Shown here piece by piece: positions 27,455 to 39,807 of a stretch of DNA of 64,000 nt. This stretch comes from Octopus vulgaris (lineage: Eukaryota): the NCBI GenBank assembly GCA_951406725.2, contig CATOCA020000001.1:11284001-11348000 (forward strand). The letters are read 5' to 3'. A program made the translations under genes and the position numbers. The notes beneath the pieces were generated by a model. It did not search any database. It worked only from the letters and a program-made list of their open reading frames with translations, and had not been told where the DNA came from. Position 1 is the first letter of the stretch; each line of letters opens with the position of its first letter.

Positions 27455-27826
27455 TCTCTGTCCCTGGGTTGTTTAATTTCTCCACCTTCCACCTAAGAAG
27501 GAAAATAGGGTTTGAGAGAAAATGGCTGTCCGCGAAAATGTTTCAAAATCGATGGAAGAATGTCGCCCGAAAGCTGGGTACGGATGGAACTGCATGAATA
27601 CAATGCAGGATGAACCCAAAGCATCAGTGTGGAGGCAGCGCTCGTGGGGTCCACGCATATCCCGTATCCACACTCCATTCTGTAATGTTGTATATTTTAT
27701 CATCCGAACTCTTCATATTTATGTAAAATTTTAAAATCCATCTTTGTGTCGATTCATACGTTAAATCTGACCCCATATCAGATTGTACTGTCCCCTCTGT
27801 GTTGTCCCCTTGTGGGACAGAAAAAA
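27455..27826 (+). mobile_element. 3' end of a Tx1/L1-like LINE
   Basis: Frame FNFSTFHLRRKIGFERKWLSAKMFQNRWKNVARKLG* resembles Tx1-type ORF2 C-termini (from memory). Followed by a UTR ending gtcccctctgtgttgtccccttgtggg-A-rich. Confidence 0.5.
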
Positions 27827-28503
27827 TTTTACGAAATGCTAAGCGGTATTCCGTCTGTCTTTATGTCAATTTTGCCTTTCATCCTTTCGTGGTCGATAAA
27901 TTAAGAACCAGGTACGTCCTGGGGTCGACCTAATCGACTGGCCTCCTCCTCCAAAATTTCGGGTCTTGTACGTAGAGTAGAATAGGAAATTATGTTTGAT
28001 TTCTCTGGAATTACCAGTAGAATAGATGAGGAAATAAAATGATTATATAAAAGTGTAGATTTGTAAAGGAGAAAGAGGTGAATAATATTGAAAATTTGGT
28101 TTGTCGTTTATAGAGAGAGAAAGAGAGGGAGAGAGAGAGAGAGAGAGAGAGATTAAGAGACTAAACGGTGATGGTGGTGGAGAGATTTCAAGTTATACAT
28201 ATGATATGTGGGTCATGCGTTTTATTATTTAAAGCATTGGGTTGTGGCCACGCTGGAGCTTAGACTTGGGTGTTTAATCAATCATATAAATCCAAATATT
28301 TTTTTAAAAGTCATGTACGTATTTCTACTCTAATTAGTCAGTAATTATTAATTTATAGCATGTTTTAATAATGTAAATTATTTGTGCATTTATATATATA
28401 TTCACTAAGAGCCAATACAGCATTTTTGGTTTATCGCCTAACATCGGTTGAGGACTCTTACACACAGAAAAATTTAATATGGAAGCATATTACATAGAAT
28501 ATT

Positions 28504-28605
28504 CTATTGAGTAATTGTAGCATATTATTTTAGAGAGAATTTCCTCTAGTTACATAATATTGAGGTCTCTTTCTTTCTTTTGTTATTTTACCGTTTTTAC
28601 CAATA
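28504..28605 (+). mobile_element. Solo 3' terminus related to Penelope element 2
   Basis: Diverged reverse complement of 11602-11695 (aatttcctcta...acataatattgaggtctctttctttctttt); followed by (TA)n. Confidence 0.7.
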
Positions 28606-28641
28606 TATATATATATGTATATATATATGCACATACAAATG

Positions 28642-28702
<61 letters not shown>

Positions 28703-28709
28703 TACAAAT

Positions 28710-28803
<94 letters not shown>

Positions 28804-28943
28804 TACAAATGCTCTTCTATTCCCATTTATGTTTTTCTCAAGCCATTATATAAACTATAAAAATGTGTCCTGCATTTTTATAAGAATAGAAAGGTTGAAA
28901 TAAATTTATGTGAGGAAATTTAAAGGAAGAAAATTATACCTAA

Positions 28944-29342
28944 CTAGCAGTATCGCCCGGCATTCCTCGAGTTTGTAAGGGAAATAACTATAAAGTATTT
29001 TTAGAGAGTTATAGCCAAAAAATAGCAAATAAATGCATTAAAAATGGAAAAAAAAAAATGATTGTAAATTTTTTAAAAATCGTTGACTCATCGTAGACAT
29101 TTTTAGAGAGTTACTTCCCTTATATAATAACGAAAAAATGCATTAAAATGGAAAAAAATTATGGTAAATTTTTTTTTAAATCGTAGACTCATCGTAGACG
29201 CGCGCTAATACCCAGAAAGGCTCGATATGAATCACGACTATAAGATACCCTGTTTTGGTTAAACTGCACCGCAAAATGTGGGAGTAGTTAGGAATCTAAA
29301 TCGTAGGAGGCAGACACACAACCTTACTTTTATATATAAAGA
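28944..29342 (-). mobile_element. Non-autonomous Helitron
   Basis: Minus strand starts A|TCTTTATATATAAAAG and ends with a GC-rich imperfect hairpin followed by CTAG|T; short internal tandem repeats. Confidence 0.7.
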
Positions 29343-30002
29343 TTATACCTGATGGAATTTTGTATTTCAAGGAAATATTTTAATTTGTAAGTCAATTTTA
29401 CAGGAATAAAAAAATATAAACTCTTTTTTCTTCATATAAGTTAATGCAATCTCTACAATAAATCTCTGCCTTCAGCTAAAAAAAGGAAATATTTTATATT
29501 AATTTTTAATTTTATGTGTGTAATTGACAAGTACCGATTAATATTCATGAATGCGGTAAATGATTCCATTCGTCTAGCTCACTTCAGAGCTTCAAACTTT
29601 GTGCTGTGCTTCTAAAGACGTGGACCTCTGTTATTCAGTGGTTGATGGCATCTACGCCTCTTTCTATAATCCTGGTGCGTTATTTCCCTTGGCAATATTG
29701 ACATTGTTAGAATAAAACTCCGAGTGTGGTCTTGAGGAAATGCTTTCTCAGTCTGTGGTGAATCTGTCTTCTAACTGATCTGATATATGTGGCTTCACAA
29801 GACGTCACATCAGGTTGAGCACTTTTGAATTGAAACAAAGCCAGAGAGGTCAGATCTTCTGGTGCTGTTTTTCAACTTATTTTCCCTCAATGTAGACCCA
29901 GTGTTTATTTCAATGCCTCAGCTTCCTCCATTTCCTCCCTCTGTTATTCTTCTTTTAGCCTATATTATTAAGTCTACTATGTGTATGTGTGTGTAATATA
30001 TA

Positions 30003-30470
30003 CTAGCAGTCACCCAGCCTTTGTCTCGGCGTGTAGTGTACACAAATGTGTTCATAAAGCATCTATCGTAATGCTTATGTATTAAGATCTTAGTTAAAGG
30101 TTACTAGTCGCTCCTCTTCACAAGAAAAGGTTTTAAATTCCAACCTGACTTGTCGTTACTTTGATGTTTCCTGTTCTCTGGAGCAGGCATTTCTATCTGC
30201 GTTACTTTGAAGTTGTTCTATTGAGGTATATTCTCTTAAGCTGGCTTTTCTAATGGCTTGAGACTCCAGCCTCTGTCGTTTCCCCTTTGGTGTTTCTTGC
30301 CCCCCCCCCCCAGCAGGGTTGCCTAGTTGTTTGAAACTGATGTTTTACTTCCTGTTGCTGTTGTGTCTCTACGACATTTCTTTGTCTTCGACACTCGTGT
30401 CTGTCCTGCCTTTCTTCTCGTGTCTCCACAGACCTTCAACTTCGGGAGCTTTGAGCTTCAGAAGATTGAA
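30003..30470 (-). mobile_element. Helitron remnant with STPR-like repeats
   Basis: 3' hairpin + CTAG at 30003. Upstream minus frames read ETREERQDR...QETPKGKRQRLESQAIR...REQETSK, like ETxExRxxRL repeats of Helitron RepHel N-termini. Confidence 0.5.
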
Positions 30471-31424
30471 AAATATTATGTTGTCTTCTACGCATCATAC
30501 TGAATGTTCTGAAGTAAAATATCTAAAAAAGTCCACAATAAATCGGTTCAATAAATTTTCATTTACCATTATACATCTATATGTATGTGTGTGTATACAC
30601 TCATACATACGCATACACATTTATATACACCTATGAATATGCTTGTGTGTGTGTGTGTGTGAGTGGGTAAATGTGTGTTCGTGCCTGTATGTTTCTTTAC
30701 ATTTCGTTCATCGATGAATTGTGTAAAAATTATGTTCATCTTAGAAAAGAAAATATTTTGAAAACAAATGAATTTAATATTGACAAACAATAAAGAAGTG
30801 GAATGGAACCAGTGCGTGTGTTAATGATATTGGCATAATGACTCCCTGGACACTAAAAAATTCATATATGTATATATCTGTGTATATAGTCACTGGAATG
30901 ACTGTGTGGTAAGAAGCTTGCTTCCTCACCACATGGTTCTGCGTTCAATTCCTTGAAGCCTTGAGATTGAATTTGGAAGTTGGGAAGTGAAAGAAGCCCG
31001 TCGGATATATATACGTGTGTGTTTATTTGTACATTTCATCATTTATTAACCACCGGTGTTGGTGTTTTTACATCCCAATAAATTATCGGTTCGCTAAAGG
31101 ATTCCGATAGAATCAGTACTAGGCTGAAAAAACTTCCGGGGGTTGATATGTTCAGTTAGAACCCTTCAAGGTGATGCTAAAGAATGGTTGCTGTTAAATG
31201 CCTGAAACACGTAAAAGATTTTTAAAATGAATATAAATATGTGTGTGTGTTGTGTGTGTGTGTGTGTATGAGTGTGTGTGTGTGTGTGTAAAAGTGATAA
31301 AGTCAAGTTTCATGTATTTAGCGTCTGTAACCGTAACTACCTCCCACTCCTTTTCCTGTTTTAGCTTTCTTTCTGACTTGTCCATAAATTATCTTTACAA
31401 CTTCCACACTTCCGAACTTCAAAT

Positions 31425-31692
31425 TGTAAACCCAGTGTTTATTTCAATGCCTCCGCTTCCTCTTTTTCCCCCCTCTCTTATTCTTCTCTTAGCCTATGTT
31501 ATTAAGTCTGCTATGCGCATGTATGTATGTGTGTGTGTATAATATATACCAGCAGTCCCCTGGCCTTTGTCTCGGCGTGTGGTGTACACAAATGTATTCA
31601 TAAAACATCTTTCGTAATGCTTATGTATTAAGACCTTAGTTAAAGGTTACAAGCCGATACCCTTCACAAGAAATAGTTTTAAATTCCAACCT
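31425..31692 (+). repeat. Diverged direct duplicate of 29891-30146
   Basis: Colinear match from cccagtgtttatttcaatgcctc to ttttaaattccaacct, spanning the Helitron 3' junction. Confidence 0.8.
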
Positions 31693-31697
31693 TAAGT

Positions 31698-31739
<42 letters not shown>

Positions 31740-31754
31740 TTACAGAAAACAAAA

Positions 31755-31802
<48 letters not shown>

Positions 31803-32133
31803 AGGGTAAAGACCCCCTTCGGTCATGAATGACCATGGGATTGCACATAGAAAGTTACCCTCCTAGACACAAGTCCGGGCAAGGTTGTTTATGGAAGGCT
31901 AGCAGTCGCCCATGCATACCAGCCTCCCTCTCCATGCCACCAGTGTTATCCAAGGGAAAGACAAAGGTCGATACAGCTTGGCACCAGTGACGTCGCAACT
32001 CATTTCTACAGCTGAGTGAACTGGAGCAACGTGAAATAAAGTGCCTTGCTCGAGAACACAACACGCAGCCCGGTCCGGGATTCGAGCTCACAACCTCACG
32101 ATCGTAAGCTCGACGCTCTAACCACTGAGCCAT
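31803..32133 (-). mobile_element. tRNA-derived SINE (family C)
   Basis: Minus strand: CATGGCTCAGTGGTTAGAGCG (A box)...GAGCTCGAATCCCGG (B box), then body GTGTTGTGTTCTCGAGCAAGGCACTT. Confidence 0.75.
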
Positions 32134-32925
32134 GATCAATAATATACTCATACAACCCATGGTAGTATGGAGAAAAGGTGTAAAATGATTGCTTTATATG
32201 CATATACGTACATATATAAGTCTATGTATGTGTATACTCGTGTGCATGTGTGAGTAGCTGTATGGTATAGTGATTCGGGTGTTACCCTCACAATAGCTAG
32301 ATCGTGGGTTTGATTCTTGCAATGCCCTTCCTTTCCCAAGACTTCCGAATGTTTGCCTGCTTTCCAAACCAGTGGAGTGGCATCATTCAAAACGTAAAAC
32401 GATGCAAAGCACATTGTGACCAGTGATGTGTAACATCTGGCAGTATAGTCGATCATGTGACTACATGATTATATATATATGTATATAATCATGTAGTCAC
32501 ATGATCGACTATACTGCCAGATGTTACACATCACTGGTCACAATGTATAGTCGATCATGTGACTACATGATTATATATATATGTATATAATCATGTAGTC
32601 ACATGATCGACTATACTGCCAGATGTTACACATCACTGGTCACAATGTGCTTTGCATCGTTTTACGTTTTGAATGATGCCACTCCACTGGTTTGGAAAGC
32701 AGGCAAACATTCGGAAGTCTTGGGAAAGGAAGGGCATTGCAAGAATCAAACCCACGATCTAGCTATTGTGAGGGTAACACTCGAATCACTATGCCATACA
32801 GCTACTCACACATGCACACGAGTATACACATACATAGACTTATATATGTACGTATATGCATATAAAGCAATCATTTTACACCTTTTCTCCATACTACCAT
32901 GGGTTGTATGAGTATATTATTGATC
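32134..32925. repeat. Near-perfect ~790-bp palindrome with duplicated apex
   Basis: Arms differ at two positions by eye. The ~102-bp segment containing the hairpin apex occurs twice (32443-32545, 32546-32646). Confidence 0.92.
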
Positions 32926-33289
32926 CATTCTTTTTGGATCTGTATCCCTTCATGTTATTAACCCTTACCTGTTGTTCAAGGGATCACTTATTCCAATGGT
33001 TTGTCTATTAACAGGGAAAAGGATAATCGTTCATACCTGAGCAATTTTCAGTAAAAGCAAATGGAAACATACACACACACATATACACACAACCACACAC
33101 ACACACATATGTATGCACACATACACACACACACAAACGCTTCATTTTGGCAGTTTTTCACTGGTCCTCAGATTTTGTCCAGCGGTGTACGATGGGCTTC
33201 TCTCAGATTATCTCTATTTAATCCACTCAGAAGCCTTGATCAACCGTGGGATTAGGAAGAAGGTACTTGCCCAAGGTGTCATACAGTGG

Positions 33290-33698
33290 GACAAAACTGT
33301 TGGTTGGCGTTTGGAAGGGCATCCAACAGTAACATACCTTATAAAATAGACAGTAGCCCAGGGTAGTTTTTTCTACCTGTACGGCTCCTGTCGTTCATCT
33401 TACTCATGAATGCATGGAAAGTGGACGGTATGTGGTGATGATGATGTTGATTACCCGTGGCACGAAAAAAGCACCAACCGATCGGGGTCGTTGCCAGCCT
33501 CCACTGGCACCTGTGACGGTGGCACGTAAAAAGCATCCACTACACTCCCGGAGTGGTTGGCGTTAGGAAGGGCATCCAGCTGTAGAAACACTGCCAGATC
33601 AGACTGGAGCCTGGTGCAGCCTCCTGGCTTCCGAGACCCCGGTCCAATCGTCCAACCCATGCTAGCATGGAAAACGGACGTTAAACGATGATGATGAT
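33290..33698 (+). mobile_element. RTE-LINE 3' end fragments (two, ending in (GAT)n)
   Basis: GGTTGGCGTTAGGAAGGGCATCCAGC...CCCATGCTAGCATGGAAAACGGACGTTAAACGATGATG; same tail as 43596-43760. Confidence 0.75.
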
Positions 33699-34217
33699 AT
33701 AATGGAAATGTATTAAATAATTATGAAATAGTCGTAAAGATATTTGCCAAAATTTATAAAGTAAGCACTTGTTGATAGTGTCTGTCGAAATATTCGCAAA
33801 GTAGATGAGATCAAATCAAAGATCAATACAGGAGGTTTTATTGTACAAACTCTGTGTCATTGATTCTTTGGCTAGTTTTCATAAATTTACCTTTCTTTAG
33901 GGAATCAATTTGTTTTTTATATAAAGTGTCCCCCACCCTAGCTGGGGTATGATCCACAGATTTATAGCTCAAGATGTAAGCAGAGGAATGTAGCTAACCT
34001 AGAGACACAACACAATGACTGTTGTTAGGTTTATTAGTGTCAAGAAGAACATTCAGCTACGAATAATACTTTAGATAAACTGAAGTTTACAATATCAATG
34101 TTATCTTTTGCAATATTTTAGAACCATCAACTTCTGTTTATTGTTGTTTAACTCATTTTATAAATGTTTTAAAAACTGTTTTGCTTTCTTTCTTTTTTGA
34201 CTGTTTTTATTCAAAAG

Positions 34218-34297
34218 ACATGGAGGATTTCAGACAGAAAATTAGAAATGGTGACGTCAAAGGAATTCAAAAATTAGTGAAAAAGGATCCAACAATA
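34218..34297 (+). CDS. Ankyrin/RING (MIB2-like) gene, exon 1 of model
   Basis: Pyrimidine tract + ag|AC ATG; MEDFRQKIRNGDVKGIQKLVKKDPTI|gtaagt, phase 0. The acceptor implies an upstream exon that was not located. Confidence 0.75.
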
Positions 34298-35119
34298 GTA
34301 AGTTGTTCTCTTTATTGCCTTCTCAAATTTGACTGTTTATTATTTTATACACAATATGAAATGTTTTATACACAATATGAAAAGTAGCCACATATATTTG
34401 TCCATGATATTTCATTTCTTTCTTCACCTCTTTTCTCTAATCCTCATCATCGACATTTTTATAAATATTTATCCAAACATTGAGACATGACAGAATTGAT
34501 GGAATGTGAGTGAGAAAGAAATCCATCACACACTGCAATGGGGTGTTCTGGCGGGAAGTATTCAGCCCAAGAGATGAGAGACAGATGGAGACGATAAATG
34601 GATGGTGACTTTTTAAAGAAGTCCTCTTGCCATACAAAGTTGAGGGTTTATTGGTGTCAAGGGCTACACCATTTTTTATTGAATTTTATACACATATGAA
34701 AACACTGGTGTGTCACATAGGAATCAAACCCCACTTTATAAAACTGTACTGGTGTTCACTGAATCTAGAAAGGCACCTAAAGGGACAAAGGTGATTTTGA
34801 TTATGACGCTTTACTTCATAATTGAAATATTGGAAGTTAGAATGACAGGATGTCAGTCAATAGATGGGATAGTGTCTGCAGGAATATAGAGCAGGGCTTC
34901 TCAAAGTGGTCAATACCACCAATGTATGGGGGCTGTGGGAACATTTTATATTAGTTTATGTATATATGGCACTCCAAGAATATATAACTGAGTTTGGCAG
35001 AAGCCTCGTATTAAAGGTTAAATATGTAAAAAAAAGCGAAGTGGTGATGCATCAAATATTTACTTATTGTGAGGTGGTGTTATGGTAAGTAGTCAACCAC
35101 CAGGGACGCTCAGCCTGAG

Positions 35120-35875
35120 GGAATGCTGGAGCTACGCGTCATAATATGAGCTACATGATGGGTCGCCAGGGACTTGGCTCTTCCTATTTCCAACAATGGA
35201 AGAAAACAGAGACCAGGGAGAGGCGGGTTATGACTCAGAAATCCTTGTGGTACCAGGAGGAAGATAAAAGGAAATAAAGGGCTGTGGAGTTGGATTCTCT
35301 GGGTGCATGGACTAAATGGGATCTCCCTAAGAGGAAGCTCACATGGACTGACCTGTGGGGGCTGGAACCTTTGCTCATCTCCTTCCTGCATGGAGCTGTG
35401 TATGACACAAACCAGCACATATAGGGTTTGAGGGAAGACCAGTTGTGTAGACTTTGTGGGAAAGGGGCACTCTGGCACACATCTGGGCAGGGTGCAGAAT
35501 AACACTTTCTCAAGGCAGATACAAATACTGGCTCACACCCTGGAGCAGTAAAGGTGTGAGAAACATCATCACCAAGGGAAGATAACTGTTGCAATTCAGT
35601 TCGTGAAAGAGGGACAGAAATCAATAAAGCCAGCAAAAGCAATACACAGCTTGCTGCAAGGGTCTCAACCATAGGATATGAAGGTAGACTTAGGGAAGAG
35701 ATTGCAGTTTCCCCAGGTTATCCATACAACCCTGAGGCCTGATGTGGTTCTGTGGTCTGAAAAGGCCCAGAAAATTATCATAATTGATCGAACACTCACG
35801 TGGAGAGTGGGTTGTAACGAGGCCCATGAACGGAAGTGTGACAGATATAAGAGCTTTCTGCAGGCTCAATTCACC
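35120..35875 (+). mobile_element. Degenerate RLE-type non-LTR retrotransposon C-terminus (HERO/NeSL-like)
   Basis: GAWTKW...RKLTWTDLW...AVYD, CRLCGKRGTLAHIWAGC zinc knuckle, VDLGKRLQFP...LRPDVVLWS...EAHERK..RY (PD-(D/E)xK). Confidence 0.75.
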
Positions 35876-36077
35876 TTGATGAATAGATAAAACACATCCT
35901 TACAGGTATTATTAACTCGTATATATATGTGTGTGTGTGTGTGTGTGTTTATGTGTGTGTGTATGCATGTATATCTGTGCTAGTGTTTGTCCCTAACTGC
36001 TAATTGATAACTGGTGTTGGTGTATTTGCATCCCTGTTACTTAGCCCTGAAGCAAAGAGAGCTATAGGTTGGTGCTA

Positions 36078-36279
36078 AGGTGGATTTCCGATTTTCAAAT
36101 CAGTTTCAATTTATGACTTCATAAATTGAAACTGATTTGAAAATCGGAAATCCACCTGACGAATGTCATTTGAAGACATGAAACGATTGTAGTGGCGGTT
36201 TATTTACTTTATATTAAAATTTTATGTATTCATTAAGACTTTCCTTGTTTGTTTTGCAAAATAGTGGTTTTGTCTCGAA

Positions 36280-36287
<8 letters not shown>
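36078..36287 (+). mobile_element. Mini fold-back relative of element 3
   Basis: Perfect 39-bp-arm hairpin (36078-36157), then a hammerhead and a ~95-bp tail homologous to 19619-19714, then (TA)n. Confidence 0.85.
36152..36195 (+). ncRNA. Minimal type I hammerhead, intronic and sense to the host gene
   Basis: ccac-CTGACGA-atgtc atttgaa gacat-GAAA-CGATTG-TA-gtgg. Confidence 0.82.
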
Positions 36288-36364
<77 letters not shown>

Positions 36365-36372
36365 TATGTATA

Positions 36373-36423
<51 letters not shown>

Positions 36424-36934
36424 ATGTGTGTGTGTGTGTCTGTGTCTGTGTACGTGCGTGTGTTTGTGTGTCTGTGTTTGTCCCCCAACATCGCTTGACA
36501 ACCGATGCTGGTACTAGGCATATTGGGGTTGATTTGCTTGACTAAGGACAGTGCTCCAGCATGGCCACAGTCACATGACTGAAACAAATGAAAGAATAAA
36601 AGAATAAATGTAATTATGAACTCACACACATACACACACACACACACATTTTGCTGCTCTATGTGTTTATTTATTGAGTTATTCATCCTATATATATGTG
36701 TGTTTGTGTGTGTATGTATATAAATATATTTATATGTACATATGTATGTGTGTATACGCGTGTGTGTATATACAATAGAAATCTCCATTAACTACTCCCC
36801 ACCCGAATCATTCCACCTGTTTAATTAATTTCATTCCTTCTCTTCTCTTTTTCTGTGATTTTTCTTTTAATTCTTCACCACCCGACTCCCCTTTCAGACA
36901 CCATTTTTAATGTTTTTATTCTTTTCTTTATCAG

Positions 36935-37089
36935 GTTAATCCTCGAGATGTGCAGGGTCACAAACCGCTGCACTGGGCCTGTTCGTCCGGACACTTGCAC
37001 ACTGTCGACATGTTATTGGGTCACAATGGCATTGATGTCAATGTGGTGGACAAGTATGGAGACACACCACTGCATAAGGCAGTTTGGGG
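36935..37089 (+). CDS. Ankyrin/RING gene, exon 2
   Basis: tcag|[52 protein letters not shown]|gtaagt, phase 0-2; canonical ankyrin repeats. Confidence 0.92.
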
Positions 37090-38063
37090 GTAAGTCCCCA
37101 TTGGATCTGGAATATCCAAATCTGTTTCTTTTATGTTTTCAATAATGTTTGTTTCTTTTTCATTCAGTCATTCATGTCATAATCCCACCATGGGGTCATT
37201 GTCTTTCTTCTCTCTTTCGCACTGAAATAACACTGTAATCTACTTTATTAATTAATCATCACCATAATTGTTATTGTTGTTGCCTGACTGGACACATTAC
37301 GTCATCTCGTTCTCCATTTCCTCAACGTCACAGGTTCAAATCCTCTCACTTCTTCATTTAATCCCATCTTGAACTACTTTCTCTCTCTCTCTCTTTCTTC
37401 CTCACTCTCACTCTCTCTCCTCTGTAGTTTCTCTATTCACTCCGACCCTGGGCTAAATACAGAATCATCCCCTTACAGTATTTACATTTGTCTCTTTTAT
37501 GATCCATGTTCAAATCCTACCAGAATATTTACTATCACTCTGGGGTCAATATAATCTGTACCAGTAATAACCAGGGATTCTTTTAATAAACTGTCTTCCT
37601 TCTTTTCTCCTGTTCTTGTCTCTTATTACTTTTAGAGAAAATAAATTGTGTTATTTTATTTACGACTCTTTACGTTCAGAGTTCAAATCCTGCCATGGTC
37701 AACTTCTTCCATCTTTGCAAGGTTGATAAAATACAATACCAGTCATGTACTGGGGTTCATATGATTACCTGTAGCCCTTCTTTCCTTCCTAAATTTCATG
37801 TTTATATAAGCTGTGAGAATTCTTAGCAGTATTTTTCCTGTCTTTTCATTTCTGGGTTTACTCAGGTGTGTATATATCATTGTTCTACTCTGTAGAGTGT
37901 GTATTGAATAAATATATGTGTGTGAGTATGTGTGTAATAATTGCTGTAATTAAGTTATTGTAACCTAATTACATTTGTTTTCTTTAATGACCTAATAATT
38001 ATTATCTCAAGCTCTGTGATGTTTGTTTTTTCATGTTTTTCTTTCCTCATCCATTACTTTCAG

Positions 38064-38100
38064 CCACTGCAATGATGTTGTGTCTCTATTGCTGAACCAG
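38064..38100 (+). CDS. Ankyrin/RING gene, exon 3
   Basis: ttcag|(G)HCNDVVSLLLNQ|gtcagt, phase 2-0; completes the ankyrin repeat. Confidence 0.85.
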
Positions 38101-38372
38101 GTCAGTTAATAAATACATATTATATACACTCTCCAGTATTTTATTGATCTGTATAATATAAATATTACCAATGTACCAGTAAAATAATGGGGAAAGATTT
38201 AATCACATGTACTACAAAAGCCTTGTGTTTGTGGAGGAATTGTATATTGATCATGTTGATGTTGATATTAGCGGTGTTGACAGTCCAACTGACCACCTCC
38301 ACTGATAGTAATATCTTTAATGGTCAAATGAAACAAGGTCATTATGAGATAAACTAAAATATAACAGACATC

Positions 38373-38422
<50 letters not shown>

Positions 38423-38429
38423 TTTAAAT

Positions 38430-38775
38430 GTTTTAGGCATTTGACTGCGGACATTTCGGGGCATCACCTTGAACTTTTAGTCAACTGTATCGATCCCAGT
38501 ACTTTTTTATTTTAAGCATATCACTTATCGTCTCAGCGTCTTAACCGAGCCACTACACACACACACATACGCAAAAACTCACTCACACACACATACATAG
38601 GCACACACATAGACACACACATGTTATAAAGCTTCTTTCAGTTTTCATTTACCAAATCCACTTATAAGATATTGTTCAGCCCTAGGTAAGAGTAGAATAT
38701 ACTTGCCTGAGTTTCCATGCAGAGGGATTCAACGTGGAACAGTGTATGGCTGGGAAAAAAGCTCCTTACACTACA
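38430..38775 (-). mobile_element. Degenerate SINE (family B)
   Basis: Colinear with 11148-11537. Confidence 0.6.
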
Positions 38776-38831
38776 ATTACTACAACCATATATGGATGTG
38801 TGTGTCTATCTATTTTTATCTATCTGTCTAA

Positions 38832-38908
<77 letters not shown>

Positions 38909-39173
38909 TCATCATACTTGCTTGACTCAGATTTTCTTGAGGCAGATTCTCCGCAGCTGGATGCTCTCCCTATCGCCAACCCTCTCCTCTTCTTTTCAAA
39001 GAAGCTAACATTTGCCAAGAACGAGACATGTTTCCGCAGAATGTTAGAAAAAAGAGACGCTGCTTATATGACAGTGGCACTCATTTACAACTATCACATA
39101 GATGTCACGACAAAAAGACAGTCACACACACACACACACAAGCGTATACGCACTCACATACAAGATGAATACT

Positions 39174-39227
<54 letters not shown>

Positions 39228-39376
39228 CACACACAAAGAAGTCTGTGTGTGTCTGTGCGTATATATATATGTATGGATATATACATACACATATATATAC
39301 GCAAATATGTATATATGTGTGTGTGTCTGTGTGTGTGTGTGTCTATGCGTAGGAATATGTATATATTTATACACAC

Positions 39377-39411
<35 letters not shown>

Positions 39412-39807
39412 CATATAAAGTAAGAAATTATAAGATGAATATATTTCTTTCACCAGTTACATCGTTTCACAGAAATTTTCGTGTATGATAAATTCTTTTA
39501 CATGTCTGCATTAGTGTATAGGTTATAAATCATACAGTGCCATCGTACAATTTACAAAGTAAAACAGGTATAAATGACAAGCACCTCAGTTCATAGAATA
39601 TCATGTTTACATCCATTCTTCAATGCAATATACATATACAAGAACAGAATTTTATTTTCAAAATATTAATGTATGGAAGACAATAATTTACAAAACAGTT
39701 TTTTATAGAAGAGAGAAGGAGATTTAGTAAGATACCAAAAAGGAAGCTGTAAATATACATACATGCATATACACTTATATATATATACATATACATATAT
39801 ATGTATA

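Noticed and set aside
32060-32133. tRNA gene
   Set aside because: tRNA-like SINE head continuing into a SINE body; 5' acceptor stem truncated.
32148-32911. Twin 102-aa ORFs on opposite strands
   Set aside because: Consequence of the palindrome; no recognisable domain.
39445-39520. Possible minus-strand hammerhead (GAAA-CGATG-TA)
   Set aside because: No CUGANGA and no matching stem I found.
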